64,000 nt of DNA from Ranitomeya imitator (lineage: Eukaryota), in NCBI RefSeq assembly GCF_032444005.1, contig NC_091283.1, forward strand, positions 641,700,001-641,764,000. The letters are read 5' to 3'. Made by a program: the position numbers and the translations under genes. Below the pieces are notes generated by a model. That model saw nothing but the letters and a program-made list of their open reading frames with translations, made no database searches and was not told the DNA's origin. Below, piece after piece: positions 13,555 through 27,107 of this stretch; position 1 is the first letter of the stretch; each line of letters begins with the position of its first letter.

Positions 13555-15204
13555 GGTTATGTGCACACGCTGTGGATTTTGATGCGTTTCCGCAGCGTTT
13601 TTGGATGCGCAGAATCGCATCAAATCCGCAGTGTAGTGCACAACCAATGTTAGTCATTGGGAATTACAGAATTGGTGTGCACATGTTGCGGAAAAATAAG
13701 CGTGGATTTGCAGCGTTTTATTTTCCGCAGCATGTCAATTCTTTTTGCGGATCTGCAGCATTTTCTGCACCCATTGACTACCATTGAGTCAGGCAATTCC
13801 GCAGCAACACCGCAGGTAAAAAGATCTGCACTTTTGCTGCGGAGTTGCGTTTGAGAAACGCTGCAGATAGGGAGGAGGAAGAGTGTGTGGGCAGGGAATA
13901 TATGCGTGTCTGTGTGTATCTGTGTGTGTGTGTGTCTGCGGGGGTCTGCAGGTGTGTTTTTCACTCAATAACTTCTATTGAAATCTGCAGAAAAAACTCA
14001 GGTGTAAAAAGGTTTGCAGATTTGCTTAGGTTGTGTTTCCATTTTACCGGCGCGTAGGTTCTTATCGGCGGTATCGCTACCGCCAGTAAGAACATCAGTG
14101 AGAGAGCTGCGGGGTCATGCTGTCAGAGCTTACTGCAGGTCAGCAGGCGTGAGCTGATGGGACTTTTGCTCCCATTGGACTACGTCTGCTGTCACTGATA
14201 AGTGACAGGAGGTGCTGCTGATGGGAGACGTAGTATCATCAGTTGGCGCCTGTGCTCACAGTTTAAAAAAAAAAGTAAAATAATTACATACATATTCAAA
14301 TAAAAAAAAAACATTATACGCACCTAACACCCAATCCCCGATGCCCTCGTCTCCTAGAAAAATGTAAAAATAATAACCACCATATACTCACCTGTCTGCT
14401 GTAGTCCAGGTAATCCAGAGTGTCCACGGCGATTTTGCGTGTAAAACAGTCACACTGAGAGATGTGACCACTCTACCCGGCCGTCGGTGATACACTGACA
14501 GGAGGTAATTGTTCCTGCAATGTATCGCTGCACATCACATCACTGCACATCAGTGACTGCTCTCAATGTGATCAGGATCGTCGTGGGACATTATGGATAA
14601 TCATCTCTGCGAACAGGTGAGGAATATTGTGGTTTATTTTATTTTTGTTGCACAAAATGTTGTCGTTGGTGGATTATGCTTTCGGTGAGTATGGTGTAAT
14701 TAAGATTCATTAAAGCAGTATGTCATTTCAAACCTTTATGGCTATTGGCTCCTTCCCAGAATATTAACATCAGCCATTGGCTTTTCCTCTGCTAGTTATT
14801 AAAATTACACGGGAGCCTACGCAATTTTTTTTTCAGTTTTTTTTTCTCTTTCAAATAAACCGTTGCTGTTTGGTCACAGCCTATGTACTTTCGTTCTGTT
14901 ATTGCGCCTACATAGGCTGGTGACAGTGTGTGTGTGTTTGTGTTCACTTATCAGCTTAATAATGAGGGTGTCACCGTTTCATTATTAAGCCTAGTTCTAG
15001 TGTCAATGACAGCTGCTGACACCAAACCCTAATCCCATTACCCTGATGCCACTTCATCAGTATAAAAAAGGTAGTGTGGATGCAAGAAATTACATCACAA
15101 AACATACAAAAACTCTTGTTTTTGCCTCAGTGTTTTTCCTACCAAGAGATGCAGAAACTTTGCAGAAATTTCTGCAAGCAAATACTCAACGTACGCACAT
15201 AGCC
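13555..15204. mobile_element. Long Harbinger-like composite non-autonomous element
   Basis: TIR ggttatgtgcacacg / cgtacgcacatagcc|tta; interior shares a module with the element at 6404. Confidence 0.6.
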
Positions 15205-15376
15205 TTATGTGCACACAATCAGTAAACATTGCATGTTGAGCTCTGCGTACTTGTGCAGCATCCAACCTGCAGCGTCCAACTTGTTACAGCATAGTGAATG
15301 GGATTTCAAGAAATCTTATACCCACGGCTCACCTGCGGAGACTGACATGCAGCGCATCTTTTCAGACTGCACTATA

Positions 15377-15650
15377 GGGCAGCACAGTGGCTCAGTGGTT
15401 AGCACTGCAGCCTTGCAGCGCTGGAGTCCTGGGTTCAAATCCCACCAAGTACAACATCTGCAAGGAATTTGTATGTTCTCCCCGTTTTTGCGTGGGTTTC
15501 CTCCGAGCACTCCGGTTTCCTCCCACATTCCAAAGACATAATAATCGGGAATTTAGATTGTGAGCCCCATCGGGACAGTGATGATAATGTATGCAAAAAG
15601 TGTAAAGCGCTGCGGAATATGTTAGCGCTATATAAATAAAAAGATTATTA
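15377..15650 (+). mobile_element. Full-length tRNA-derived SINE
   Basis: gggcagcacagtggctcagtggttag (A box), gggttcaaatccc (B box), V-like core, L2-type tail ending gattatta. Confidence 0.92.
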
Positions 15651-16407
15651 TGTCAATTTCTTTTGCGGAGATGAACCTATGCGGATTCACTTGCGTTCCA
15701 TAGCCGGCAGTGCTTTGGACGCAGCGAACATGTGCTGTGTCCAAAGCACTGCCCGTTCCGGATCGTCGCCACATACCCTAATCTCTATGTAGAAACAGGA
15801 GGTCAATTTTGTCTGCACAAGTCATGAGTTACTGCAATAGTCTATGGCAAGAGGAAGGGGGAGCAGTTGGGTCAGAATATGAAGTGGGGAATGCTACTTC
15901 CTTTTTCTACATAGAGCCGAGAAAACAAGAATTTAATGGGTATAGAGTCAAAATGAGCAATTGTATGTGCACACTGCTATATAATATGATTGCTATATAT
16001 TAAGAGGATAAAAACTTTGATGGAAATGCTTCTTGAATTTTATATTTTGATCAGTGGGACTTTTGAAAACATGGCAATACCAAATGTTTTGTTTTTTTAT
16101 CCTTAGTTTTTAAAAGGAGAAAAGTGTTATCCGAATTTGTTTTATTTGTAATTTTTGTTTTATAAAAAGTCACTTCATTTTTCAGTCCTCATAGTATATT
16201 GTGAATATGAAAGTCTCCTATGAAGCTAGTATTAGGTGACAGTATGCATTGAAAATGATGATCTCCTATGGACCCTAGCCTCCGGTACATGGGAATACCA
16301 AGATGGTAGTGACGAGTCTGCAGCATGCTGCCAGCTGCTATGGCAACCCATCACCCCGTGATCATGTCTCGGTGTGCTGATTGGGCACCCGAATAGGTGC
16401 CACTTAA

Positions 16408-18215
16408 AGAGAACCTGTTGGCATGATTTTATTAAGTAAAGTACAGACACCGACATATTGGCACTTTCATACTGATTAAAATGATACCTCAGGTGAAGAA
16501 ATCCATTTTGTAGATTTTCTTTCATCTTCGTAGTTTCCTTGTATTCCTATCTTCGTGGATTAGGGCAGACCTGTGGGCGGGACTGTGGGTAGGGTCTTCA
16601 GCTTTGTTCCGTTCTCTCCACTGTATCTGGGTGTCTTTTCTTATTCTTTATTTAAAACTAGCGGTTTCCAGCCAGCTAACGCTCGGGATGCTCATTGATA
16701 TCTAATTAACGCTGCTGGTGATTATGCAATTAAATGTACGTTTACCTTGGCTGAAGTGGTTGAATTGCTGCGTGTGGTAATGTGGGGAGGCGGAGCCTTG
16801 TGTGGTAATGTGTGAGAACGGAGCCTTGTGTGGTAATGTGTGAGAACGGAGCCTCGTGTGGTAATGTGTGAGGACGGAGCCTCGTGTGGTAATGTGTGTG
16901 GACGGAGCCTCGTGTGGTAATGTGTGAGGACGGAGCCTCGTGTGGTAATGTGTGTGGACGGAGCATCGTGTGGTAATGTGTGTGGACGGAGCATCGTGTG
17001 GTAATGTGTGAGGACGGAGCCTCGTGTGGTAATGTGTGGGGACGGAGCATCGTGTGGTAATGTGTGGGGACGGAGCCTTGTGTGGTTATGTGTGTGGACG
17101 GGATTATGTGTGGTAATGGGGTGGGGGGCGGGATTATGTGTGGTAATGGGGTGGGGGGCGGGATTATGTGTGGTAATGGGGTGGGGCGGAGCTACTGTGC
17201 AGGGGGCGGGATTAGCGAGTAATCACGATGCCTTTAATATATATATAGATATTGTGCCTGTGCTGTCCTAGCCACGGGCGCTTGCGCAGATTGAGCTCTT
17301 GGAAGTCCACCGTAAAATGGCACCATTTTACTGAAACCCATAATTTATTCCTAGCCGCGGGTGGCACTTGCGCAGATTGATTTAATAGGTGGCATCAGTA
17401 AAATGGTACTGGTGCCACTAAGCAATCTACGCATGTGCAGCCACAATTTTCCTGTAGACTTCCAAGAGCTCAATCTACGCAAGAACCCCTCGCGTCTAGG
17501 ATGGCGCTGGCACAAAATTTAAATAAAGAATAACAAAAGACACCCAGACACAGTGGAGAAGAGGGAACAATGCAGAAGACCCTACCCACAAATCCGCCCA
17601 GATGCGTGAAATTATGAATAGAAAAACTTCAAAGAATAGAGAAAATCAACACAGATTTTTTCATCTTCGGTATCATTTTAATTGGCATGACAATGCCAGT
17701 ATGGCCCTGTCTGTACTTTACTTTGTAAAATGCTGCTGACAGATTTTCTTTAAATGCCAAAGTCAAGTTTAAGTGGTTAAACAGCAGTGATTGGAGCCAG
17801 CTCCAGTCGCTGATGTTAGAGGCAGGTGTCGTGGGTGGAGCATACACCTGCGCTTGACTTAGGAAGACGTTAAAAGCCGATTCAAAACTGATCAATATAC
17901 TCCACCTGAGACTTGTACAGATTTACAAACTACACCTAAATGAAGATATATCTTGAAGGCACGTGCATACTAAGGAATACATCAAGGTACTATAGATTAT
18001 CAAAAAAGTGGACTTGTCACACGTCTGGCATCCTCAGAAAAAACTGCTGGGAGCGTGAGCCGAGTGTCGGTGCTCTGTGCTCCGATCCTCTCATATGATT
18101 AATTGATCAATTCTGGCTGAGAAAGAAGCAAATTTATCTGAAAAGATATATTACAAAGTTGCTTATTTTCATGTGTTCTATTGATTTATGAAATAATTAA
18201 AATAACGGTTAGTCT
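16408..18215. mobile_element. T2-MITE/Kolobok-like palindromic element hosting a Helitron
   Basis: TTAA|AGAGAACC ... GGTTAGTCT|TTAA; arms at about 16560-16655 and 17520-17600 are inverted copies. Confidence 0.6.
16658..17249 (-). mobile_element. Non-autonomous Helitron with 29-30 bp minisatellite
   Basis: Minus strand begins A|TCTATATAT and ends CTAG|T; internal array gtgtggtaatgtgtgaggacggagcctc. Confidence 0.75.
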
Positions 18216-18219
18216 TTAA

Positions 18220-18893
18220 CCCCTTTTTGACCTTAGACATACTATCCCGTCAAGGTGACCTGGGCCTATCTGACCCTCGACGGGATAGTACGTCATATGC
18301 GATCAACCGCGATCTGACACTATAAAAGTACATATATTTAGTATTGCCGCGTCCGTAACCACCCAACCTATAAGATTGTCCCACTAGTTAACCCCTTCAG
18401 TGATCATTGTAAAAGAGAGGCAAAAAATGCTTTATCGTACCGCTGAACATAAAGTGGAATAACACGCGATCAAAAAGAGGGATACAAAAAAAACATGGTA
18501 CCGCTGAAAACGTCATCTTGTCCCGCAAAAAATGAGCCGCTATACAGCATTATCAGCAAAAAAATAAAAAAGTTAGTCTTCAGAATAGAGCGATGCAAAA
18601 ATAATTTTTTTATATCAAATCTATTTTATGTAAAAGCGCCAAAACGTAAAAAAAATATATAAATGAGGTATCGCTGTGTTTCGTACTGACCCGAAGAATA
18701 AAATTGCTTTATCAATTTTATCAAACGTGGAACGGTATAAACACCCCCCCAAAAGAAATTCACGAATTGCTGGTTTTTGTTCATTCTGCCTCACAAAAAT
18801 TGGAATAAAAAGTGATCAAAAGATTTCACGTGCCCGAAAATGGTACCAATAAAAATGTCAACTCGTCCCGAAAAAAACAAGACCTCACATGCA
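18220..18893. mobile_element. piggyBac-like element, one end only
   Basis: TTAA|CCCCTT start; interior similar to 9728 and 44181; no matching other end. Confidence 0.6.
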
Positions 18894-18909
18894 AGATGGG
18901 AGTGGGGAG

Positions 18910-19540
18910 CCGAGTTATGCATACAGGAGGGGAGGGGAGATGAGCCATGCATACACGATGGGAGGGGGGGGTGAGATGAGCCATGCATACACGATGGGAG
19001 GGGGGGTGAGATGAGCCATGCATACAGGATGGGATGGGGGGGGTGATATGAGCCATGCATACAGGATGAAAGGGGGGATGAGATGAGCCATGCATACAGG
19101 ATGGGAGGGGGGAGATGAGCCATGCATACAGGAAGTGAGGGGAGATGAGCCACGCATACAGGATGGGAGGGGGGTGAGATGAGCCACGCATACAGGATGA
19201 AAGGGGATGAGATGAGCCATGTATACAGGATGGGAGGGGGGAGATGAGCCATGCATACAGGGTGGGAGATGAGCCACGCATACAGGATGGGAGGGGGGTG
19301 AGATGAGCCACGCATACAGAATGGGAGGGGGGGTGAGATGAGCCACGCATACAGGATGGGACGGGGGGTGAGATGAGCCACGCATACAGGATGAGAGGCG
19401 AGGGGGGTGAGATGAGCCATGCATACAGGATGGGAGGAGGGGAGGTGAGATCAGCCATGCACACAGGATGGGAGGGGGGAGATGAGCCATGCATACAGGA
19501 TGGGAGGGGGGAGATGAGCCATGCATAAGAGATGGGAGGA
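18910..19540. repeat. G-rich minisatellite, about 31-35 bp unit
   Basis: gagatgagccatgcatacaggatgggagggg(n) tandem. Confidence 0.92.
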
Positions 19541-19544
19541 GGGC

Positions 19545-20055
19545 ATTATACAGTGTGGAGCATCATGTGTGGCCAATATACAGTATGGAGCATCATGTGG
19601 GGTCATTATACAGTATTGAGCATCATGTGGGGCCATTATACAGCATGGAGCACTGTGGCCATTATACAGTATTGAGCATCATGGGCTATTATACAGTATG
19701 GTGCACTGTGTGGCCATTATACAGTATGGAGCATTGTGTGGCCATTATACAGTATTGAGTATCATATGTGGCCAGTATACAGTATAGAGCACTGTGTAGC
19801 CATTATACAGTATGGAGCATCATGTGTGGCCATTATACAGTATAGAGCACTGTGTGGCAGTTATACAGTATGGAGCATCATGTGGCCATTCAGTATAGAG
19901 CACTGTGTTGCCATTATACAGTATTGAGCATCATGTGGGGCCATTATACAGAATAGAGTACTGTGGCCATTATACTGTATGCAGCATCATGTGGGGCCAT
20001 TACACAGTATTGAGCATCATGTGTGGTCGTTATACAGTATGGAGCACTGTGTGGC
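19545..20055. repeat. Minisatellite, about 30 bp unit
   Basis: cattatacagtatggagcatcatgtggggc tandem. Confidence 0.9.
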
Positions 20056-20059
20056 CATA

Positions 20060-20237
20060 TTTTTTTGTTTATAATTATTGTTTATGAAACAGTATGATCA
20101 GCAGTACTAAATGGGTGTGGATTTGGGTGTGACTAGTTGTGAAATGGGTGTGGTCAGTCATGGCCTAAAACTTGCCGCGGCGCCTTAAGCGTGCCGCAAA
20201 CTTTGTCCTTCTTTCCCTTCAAAAGGTGGGTGGTATG
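20060..20237. mobile_element. Right end of a hAT-like element (same family as 30623-32120)
   Basis: tttgtttataattattg...gatcagcagt...gtgtgactagtt...aaaaggtgggtggtatg matches 31945-32120. Confidence 0.6.
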
Positions 20238-20479
20238 ATACCGCATTTGCCAGATTGCGGCAAGTGCCGCAAATGTCCGCAATTCCCATAGGGAATGAAT
20301 GAGGCTGAACGCAGTGTTGCCGTAAGTGATCTGTTATGCGGCAGATGCAGAAAAACTGCCGGATCTGCTGCAAAAGGCTACTTTCACATCAGCGATTTTT
20401 GAAAAAGTCACTGCCGATAGTGCCAAAGGGGGAGGCAGCACTAAAAGTGCCTAGGGCAGCGTAAACTCTAAATACGGCC

Positions 20480-23363
20480 CTGTCACTAACCACCTCTGTA
20501 GGCCTCTCACAGCTCTCAACCTCTGAAACACAAAAAGACGGTAACATCCTTGACCTGGTCTTTGTCCGGCTCTGTTCAATCTCCTGCCTAGGTAACTCAC
20601 TGCTTCCCCTCTCTGACCACAACATTCTCTCCTTCACACTCACAATTCCTTGCCCACCCCAGCACTCTCCTACCTACCACACATTCAGAAATCTACATGC
20701 TATTAACCCTCACACACTTTCAGACTTCCTATACTCCTCATTGTCCCAAATCTCCTCTTTCCTGTCCTGATTTGGCTGTACATCACTTCAGTGACACTCT
20801 TCGAAGCACCCTTGACCAAGTAGCTCCCCTCACCCTCAGAACCTCCAAACACAGTAAAACAGCCCTGGCTCACATCACAAATCCGATTTCTCCAGCGATG
20901 CTCTAGGTGTGCTGAACGCTTATGGAGGAAAACTCGCACAACAGAAGACTTCATACACTTCAAATTTATGTTAAAAACCTATAACTCTGCCCTGCACCTT
21001 GCTAAACAGACCTACTTCACCACTCTGATCTCCTCACTATCCCACAACCACAAGAAACTTTTTGACACCTTTCACTCCCTCCTCAGGCCAAAAGCACAAG
21101 CCCCATCACAGACATTTGTGCTGATGACCTGGCCTCCCACTTTATAGAGAAAATAGATAATATCCGTCAGAAAATCCGCTCCCAGACACCAAGTGCAGTG
21201 ACTCCCATCCCTCCCTGCATCTCCCCTGGCTCACTCTCGACATTCGGTCCCATCACAGAAGAAATCTCCAAGCTCCTCTCTTCTTCTCGTCTGACTACAT
21301 GCACTAACCGACCCCATTCCCTCACATCTCCTCCAGTCTCTCTCTCCAGTCATCACAACTCCCTTAGCTACGATCTTTAATCTCTCCCTCTCCTCTGGCA
21401 TTTTCCCCTCCTCCTTCAAACACTGTCATTATTCTATTGCTAAAGAAACCCGTCCTCGACCCATCCTGCACAAATAACTACAGACCGGTTTCCAATCTCC
21501 CCTTCATCTCTAAACTCTTGGAGTGCCTGATCTACTCCCGCCTTACCCGTTACCTCTCCACTCATTTCCTCCAAGACCCTTCACAGTCCAGTGTCCGCCC
21601 CCTATATTCGACAGAAACTGCACTCCTCAAGGTGACCAATGACCTTCTGACAGCAAAATTGAACGGTGACCACTCTGCTCATTCTTCTTGACCTTTCTGC
21701 AGCTTTTGACACTATCGACCACCCTCTCCTACTCTCTAGGCTCCAGTCACTAGGCATTAAGGACATTGCTCTCTCCTGGTTCTCCTATCTTTCTGACCGC
21801 TCATTCAGTGTTCTGTTCTCTGGCTCCACTTCATCTCTTCCTGTCACTGTCGGAGTACCACAGGGCTCAGTCCTTGGCCCCCTTCTCTTCTCCCTCGTCA
21901 CGGCCCCAATTGGACAGACAATCAGCAGATTTGGCTTTCAGTACCATCTTTATGGCGATGACACACAACTATACACGTCATCTCCTGACCTTACCCTCGC
22001 TATACTACAGAATGCCACTGACTGTCTGTCTGCAGTCTCCAACATCATGTCCGCCCTCTATCTGAATCTCAATCTTTCCAAAACTGAACTACTTCTGCTC
22101 CCGCCATCTACTAACCTTGCTAAGGCTACGTTCACATTTGCGGTGCGTCAGGCGCAACCGCGGCGACGCATGCGCCATGCGCCCCTATATTTAACATGGG
22201 GGGCTCATGGACATGCGATTTGTTGCGGTTTGTGACGCATGCATTTTTTGGGCTCAAGCGTCAGGGCGCAGAGGACGCTGCTTGTTGCATTTTTTTTGCT
22301 CTATAAAAATGAACACATGCATCACAAAACACAGCGTTTTGCTGCGTTTTGCATGCGTTTTTGCGTGCGTTGTGCATTGCGTCGCCGACGCAGCACACAA
22401 CAACGCAAATGTGAACGTAGCCTTAAGCTGACATTTCCCTCTCCGTGGGTGGCACTATAATAACGCCCCGGCAGCAGGTGCGCTGTCTGGGTGTTATGTT
22501 TGACTCCGATCTCTCCTTCACCTCCCAAATACAATCTCTTGCCCACTCGTGCCACTTACACCTAAAGAACATCTCTAGAATCCGCCCTTTTCTCACCATG
22601 GAAACAACAAAAACCCTCACTGTCGCCTTGATCCAATCCCGCCTGGACTACTGCAATGCTTTATTAATTGGCCTCCTCCTTTCTCGACTTTCCCCTGTCC
22701 AGTCTATCCTTAATGCAGCAGCCAATGTTGTCCATCTAGCTAATCGTTACTCGGACGCGTCCGCTCTTCGCCAGTCGTTACACTGGCTGCCCATTTCACC
22801 CACAAAGCTCTCCACAGTGCGGCACCCCCTTACATATCCTCCCTTATTTATGTCTATCGGCCTAACTGACCTCTGCGCTCTGCAAACGACTTTCAACTAA
22901 CCTCTGCACTAATCCGTACATCTCACCTCTGTCTCCAAGACTTCTCCCGTGCTGCGCCAATCCTCTGGAATGCTCTACCCCAAAATATTAGGACCATCCA
23001 CAATTTGCATAGTTTTTAAGCTCTCCCTCAAAACACATTTGTTTAGAGCAGCCTATCACGTTCCCTAATCAAAGTCATTTTATGTTTGTGTGTGTAGCCC
23101 ATTCACTATTTCCACCTATCCCCCACCCCCTGAAGATGGCTGGACCATCACTGTAAATACATCATTGTAATTACACACCTGTACTTTGCATCTCCCCATC
23201 TCATTGTAGATTGTAACCTCTCACAAGCAGGGTCGTCTTATTTTGCTTTAATTATTGTATTGTCAACATTGTTACTTATGACTGTTGTGTTTGAAACTGT
23301 TAAACTGTAAAGCGCTGCGGAATATGTTGGCGCTATATAAGATTATTATTATTATTATTATTA
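20480..23363 (+). mobile_element. Degenerate L2-clade LINE (3' part of endonuclease, RT, 3' UTR)
   Basis: [61 protein letters not shown]; frameshifts; (ATT)n tail. Confidence 0.92.
22124..22422. mobile_element. Harbinger-like MITE inserted in L2 ORF2
   Basis: Perfect TIR GGCTACGTTCACATTTGCG; flanks TAA / TTA. Confidence 0.92.
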
Positions 23364-23544
23364 CATATCACCACACCATTTTTTTTAGCTATTAATTACT
23401 TTTATTAAATATTAGATTACAATAGTTTTTATCCTTTACCAGATACTAAATCACCTTCAGTCATTCACAACTAGCTATTTAAACCACATCTATTAGCTGT
23501 GGCTCACTGAAAAAATATCCTGCAATTTGGCATTAAGAAAAGAC

Positions 23545-24832
23545 TAGAGATGGGCGGACACCTGGATATTCAGGTCCGGCTGAACAGTTTAAAAAAGTTT
23601 GGGTACCAAAACCGTACCCAGTCCCCCATTCACTTCGGATCGGTGGTGAAATCATCCCCACCGGTCAGAGAGCCAAGGTTCCTACGCTGTCAAAAGACAG
23701 CGTGAGCGCTCAGCTGTGATCGGAGGTATAAAGATTACCTCCAGTCACTGGTGTAACTGACTACTCTCATTATCTGAAACCTGCTGTCGCTAATAACAGC
23801 GAGAGCAGGAGGGGAAAGATGGGAGTATTCATCTGCCGCTCCTGCACTGTAAATAATAAAAAAAAAAAAACCTGGCATAGGTTCCCCTGTATTTTTGTTA
23901 AGCAGCCAGTCAAAACTCAAGAGCTGGGGACTGCAACCCTCAGCTGTCAGCTTCAGCAAGGTTGGTTATCAAGAATAGAGGGGTCCCCACGCCGTATTTT
24001 TTAATTATTTAAATGAATAAAAAAAAAAAAAAAATGGCGTGGGGTTCCCCCCATTTTTGACAACCAACCTGGGTAAAGCAGACAGCTGGGGGCTGGTATT
24101 CTCAGGCTGGTAAGGGGCCATGGATATTGTTCCCCCAAGCCTAAAAATAGCAGCCCGCAGCTTCCCAGAAAATGCACATCTATTAGATGCGCCAATTCTG
24201 GCGCTTCACCCGCCTCTTCCCACTTGCCCTGTAGCGATGGCAAGTAGGGTTAATATTTGTGGGGTTGATACCTTTGTATTGTCAGGTGACATCAAGCCCA
24301 TGGCTTAGTAATGGAGAGGCGTCTATAAGACACCAATCCATTACTAATCCTATAGTTGTATTATAAAAAAAGACACAGCCAGAATAATGTCCTTAAATTG
24401 AAAAAATGACACAGACTCCTTTAATAATCTTTATTAAACCATACTTAGGACCTCGCCAAATTCCACCGAAGCCATCGATCTCCTGTAATAAACCAAAAAT
24501 AATAAAACAACAATATACCATACCTGTCCGTCATTCTGTCCCATGCCGTAATCCATGTCCAGGGGAAAAACAGTTTTCAACCTGTACGGTCCAGGCTGAG
24601 AACCACTGGTGAATAAGCTGTTGCGAGCACAGCTTCAGTGACTGGAGGTGACGTCATAGAGGGTACCTACGGTCATTGAGGCTCTGTTCCCATCCTGGCT
24701 GAACTGCGATGACATCCCCGCTAGCACCGTGAGCCGAACCCGAACAGGTGAAGTCAGTGTTCGGTGTCCATGCCCAAACAGTAGGTGTTCGGTACAGACG
24801 CCGAACTTTACTGTTCGGTTCTCCCATCTCTA
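23545..24832. mobile_element. hAT-like non-autonomous element
   Basis: TIR TAGAGATGGG / CCCATCTCTA; 8-bp flanks match 5/8. Confidence 0.7.
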
Positions 24833-24895
24833 AAGAAGATAACATGAGTTTGAATCCAGCATATTTTATTAACAGCAGACTTGATTTTAAAAGTA

Positions 24896-24940
<45 letters not shown>

Positions 24941-24993
24941 CTCACATATATGAATGCACCACTTTTAAACATATAGTAAGTTTTTATTTTATA

Positions 24994-26484
24994 CTAGATG
25001 GCAGCCCGATTCTAAAGAATCGGGAGTCTAGAATCCATATATACTTTATTTATTCAAATGTAAGAATAATACAATTAATAAATAATAGTAAGAAAGAACA
25101 AAAATAATAGGCAGTATATGGAGAAAACACCAAACAAAAGTTCAAAATTGGTGTGAAAATGTCACTGAACCACTTCACAACTAAATATATATAGTTTTGG
25201 TAAATGGTATTATCATTTTTTTGACGAAATTCGGCAGGAGCTTGAAGAGCAACGTCACTGGGCCCGCCTCCACGCAGTAGAAACTTGCTGTGAGGTAAAA
25301 ATTCAAAAATCACACCAAAATGGCGGACGGAGTGTGTCACAGTACGGCACGTTTCTGATTGGTCGCTCGCAGCAGGCGGCAACCAATCAGACACTGGACA
25401 CTGTTGACGTCACTTATCTCCGGACATTAGCTCCGGACATTATCTCCGCACATTAGCTCCGGACATTAGCTCCGGACATTAGCTCCGGACAAAGCCACGG
25501 AAGTTGGCACAAATTGCAGGAACCTGAAGACACAAAAGAGAATAGTAAAACCAAAAACACTCAGTTTGAAAAAATGTTGCAGTAATCCGCAAGTGCTAGT
25601 AAAAGATGTAAAAAACAGGGTATTTGGTTGATATGTTTTTTGCAAAAAATGTATACTAAGCTGCTCTACCAATCTTCACGGTATACCCTTATCAGAGCAG
25701 TCCTAACTAATGTATGCAATCCCTATCTGATGTATTTAAAAACCTGATCATCTGTATATAACCTGTGTGAACAGGGTTCAGAGAGGAAAAATCCATGTGT
25801 GCATACAGGGTAGAACAGCTTTTGTGCAGATAGCCCAAGAGGAGTGGTGGAACTCCCCAGTCTTGTAGACACAAGAGAACAATTATGGAAACAGGAACAC
25901 ATGGGCTACTTGCACAGTGAACAAGTCTGTATGATCATGTTCACACACCACCAAGAAACCTGAAGACACAAAAGAGAATAGTAAAACCAAAAACACTCAG
26001 TTTGAAAAAATGTTGCAGTAATCCGCAAGTGCTAGTAAAAGATGTAAAAAACAGGGTATTTGGTTGATACGTTTTTTGCAAAAAATGTATACTAAGCTGC
26101 TCTACCAATCTTCACGGTATACCCCCATCAGAGCAGTCCTAACTAATGTATGCAATCCCTATCTGATGTATTTAAAAACCTGATCATCTGTATATAACCT
26201 GTGTGAACAGGGTTCAGAGAGGAAAAATCCATTAGTTAGGACTGAGTGTTTTTGGTTTTACTATTCTCTTTTGTGTCTTCAGGTTTCTTGGTGGTGTGTG
26301 AACATGATCATACAGACTTGTTCACTGTGCAAGTAGCCCATGTGTTCCTGTTTCCACAAATTGCAGGAAGTAGTATTCTAGGCAATTAATCTCCAGACAT
26401 TAGCTCCGCACATTAGCTCCGGACAAAGCCACGGAAGTTGGCACAAATTGCAGGAAGTAGTATTCTAGGCAATTATATATTAGA
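24994..26484 (-). mobile_element. Non-autonomous Helitron with an internal rearranged insert
   Basis: a|CTAG terminus with cccgattctaaagaatcggg hairpin at 24994; tatatattaGA|t at 26484. Confidence 0.8.
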
Positions 26485-26633
26485 TAAAATCCTTTCTTTT
26501 CATAAACATTTTGCTTCAATAGAATGGTCAAAAATGGCAACTATTAAACTTTAACATGTAATGTGTCTTCTCGGCTCCAATTTTTTTTATTTCACTTATT
26601 TAAATTTATCTACATTTTGCCACCTGTACGTGT

Positions 26634-26690
26634 GGTTAAATCCTGAGGAAGAAGTTTGGAGAACTTCAAAATGCATTGACTAAAACCAAT
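26634..26690 (+). ncRNA. Decayed type I hammerhead-ribozyme-like motif
   Basis: CTGAGGA core, stem II gaagtt/aacttc, then CAAAATGCATTG, which equals CGAAACGCGTTG after CpG decay. Confidence 0.5.
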
Positions 26691-27107
26691 AATTAAAACC
26701 AGAATAATATCTTTGTGTATCCTGGATTTACACTTACTCTCCAGCAGCATGCAAAAATCCACATTTTAATTCCATTTTGTTAACTTACAATTTAGAAGAC
26801 CCGTGGACCTACAGCAGCTGTACTTCTATGCCTTGATGTAGTTGTGTGAACACAACGCTACCAGGTTAGCATAAACTTTTTCAATCTTTTCATTCATACT
26901 CAGATAAGACCCTATATATATATTTTTTTATTATTTGTTTTTTGCTCCTTGTTCCACACAGTGGCAGTTTTACTCCATGACAGGTATAACACATCCTGAG
27001 GCAAGAACTGACATTTGCTTATGACGTGCTATGTCAATCATTTGTCTTTATGGGGTTAAAGGGAATCTGTCAGTAACATTAACCCGCTCAAACTGCATAT
27101 ATAGACA

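Noticed and set aside
15377-15450. tRNA gene
   Set aside because: A and B boxes are present, but it continues into the SINE core and tail and forms no complete cloverleaf.
18791-19526. Overlapping 200-aa ORFs on the minus strand
   Set aside because: Minisatellite translation artefacts.
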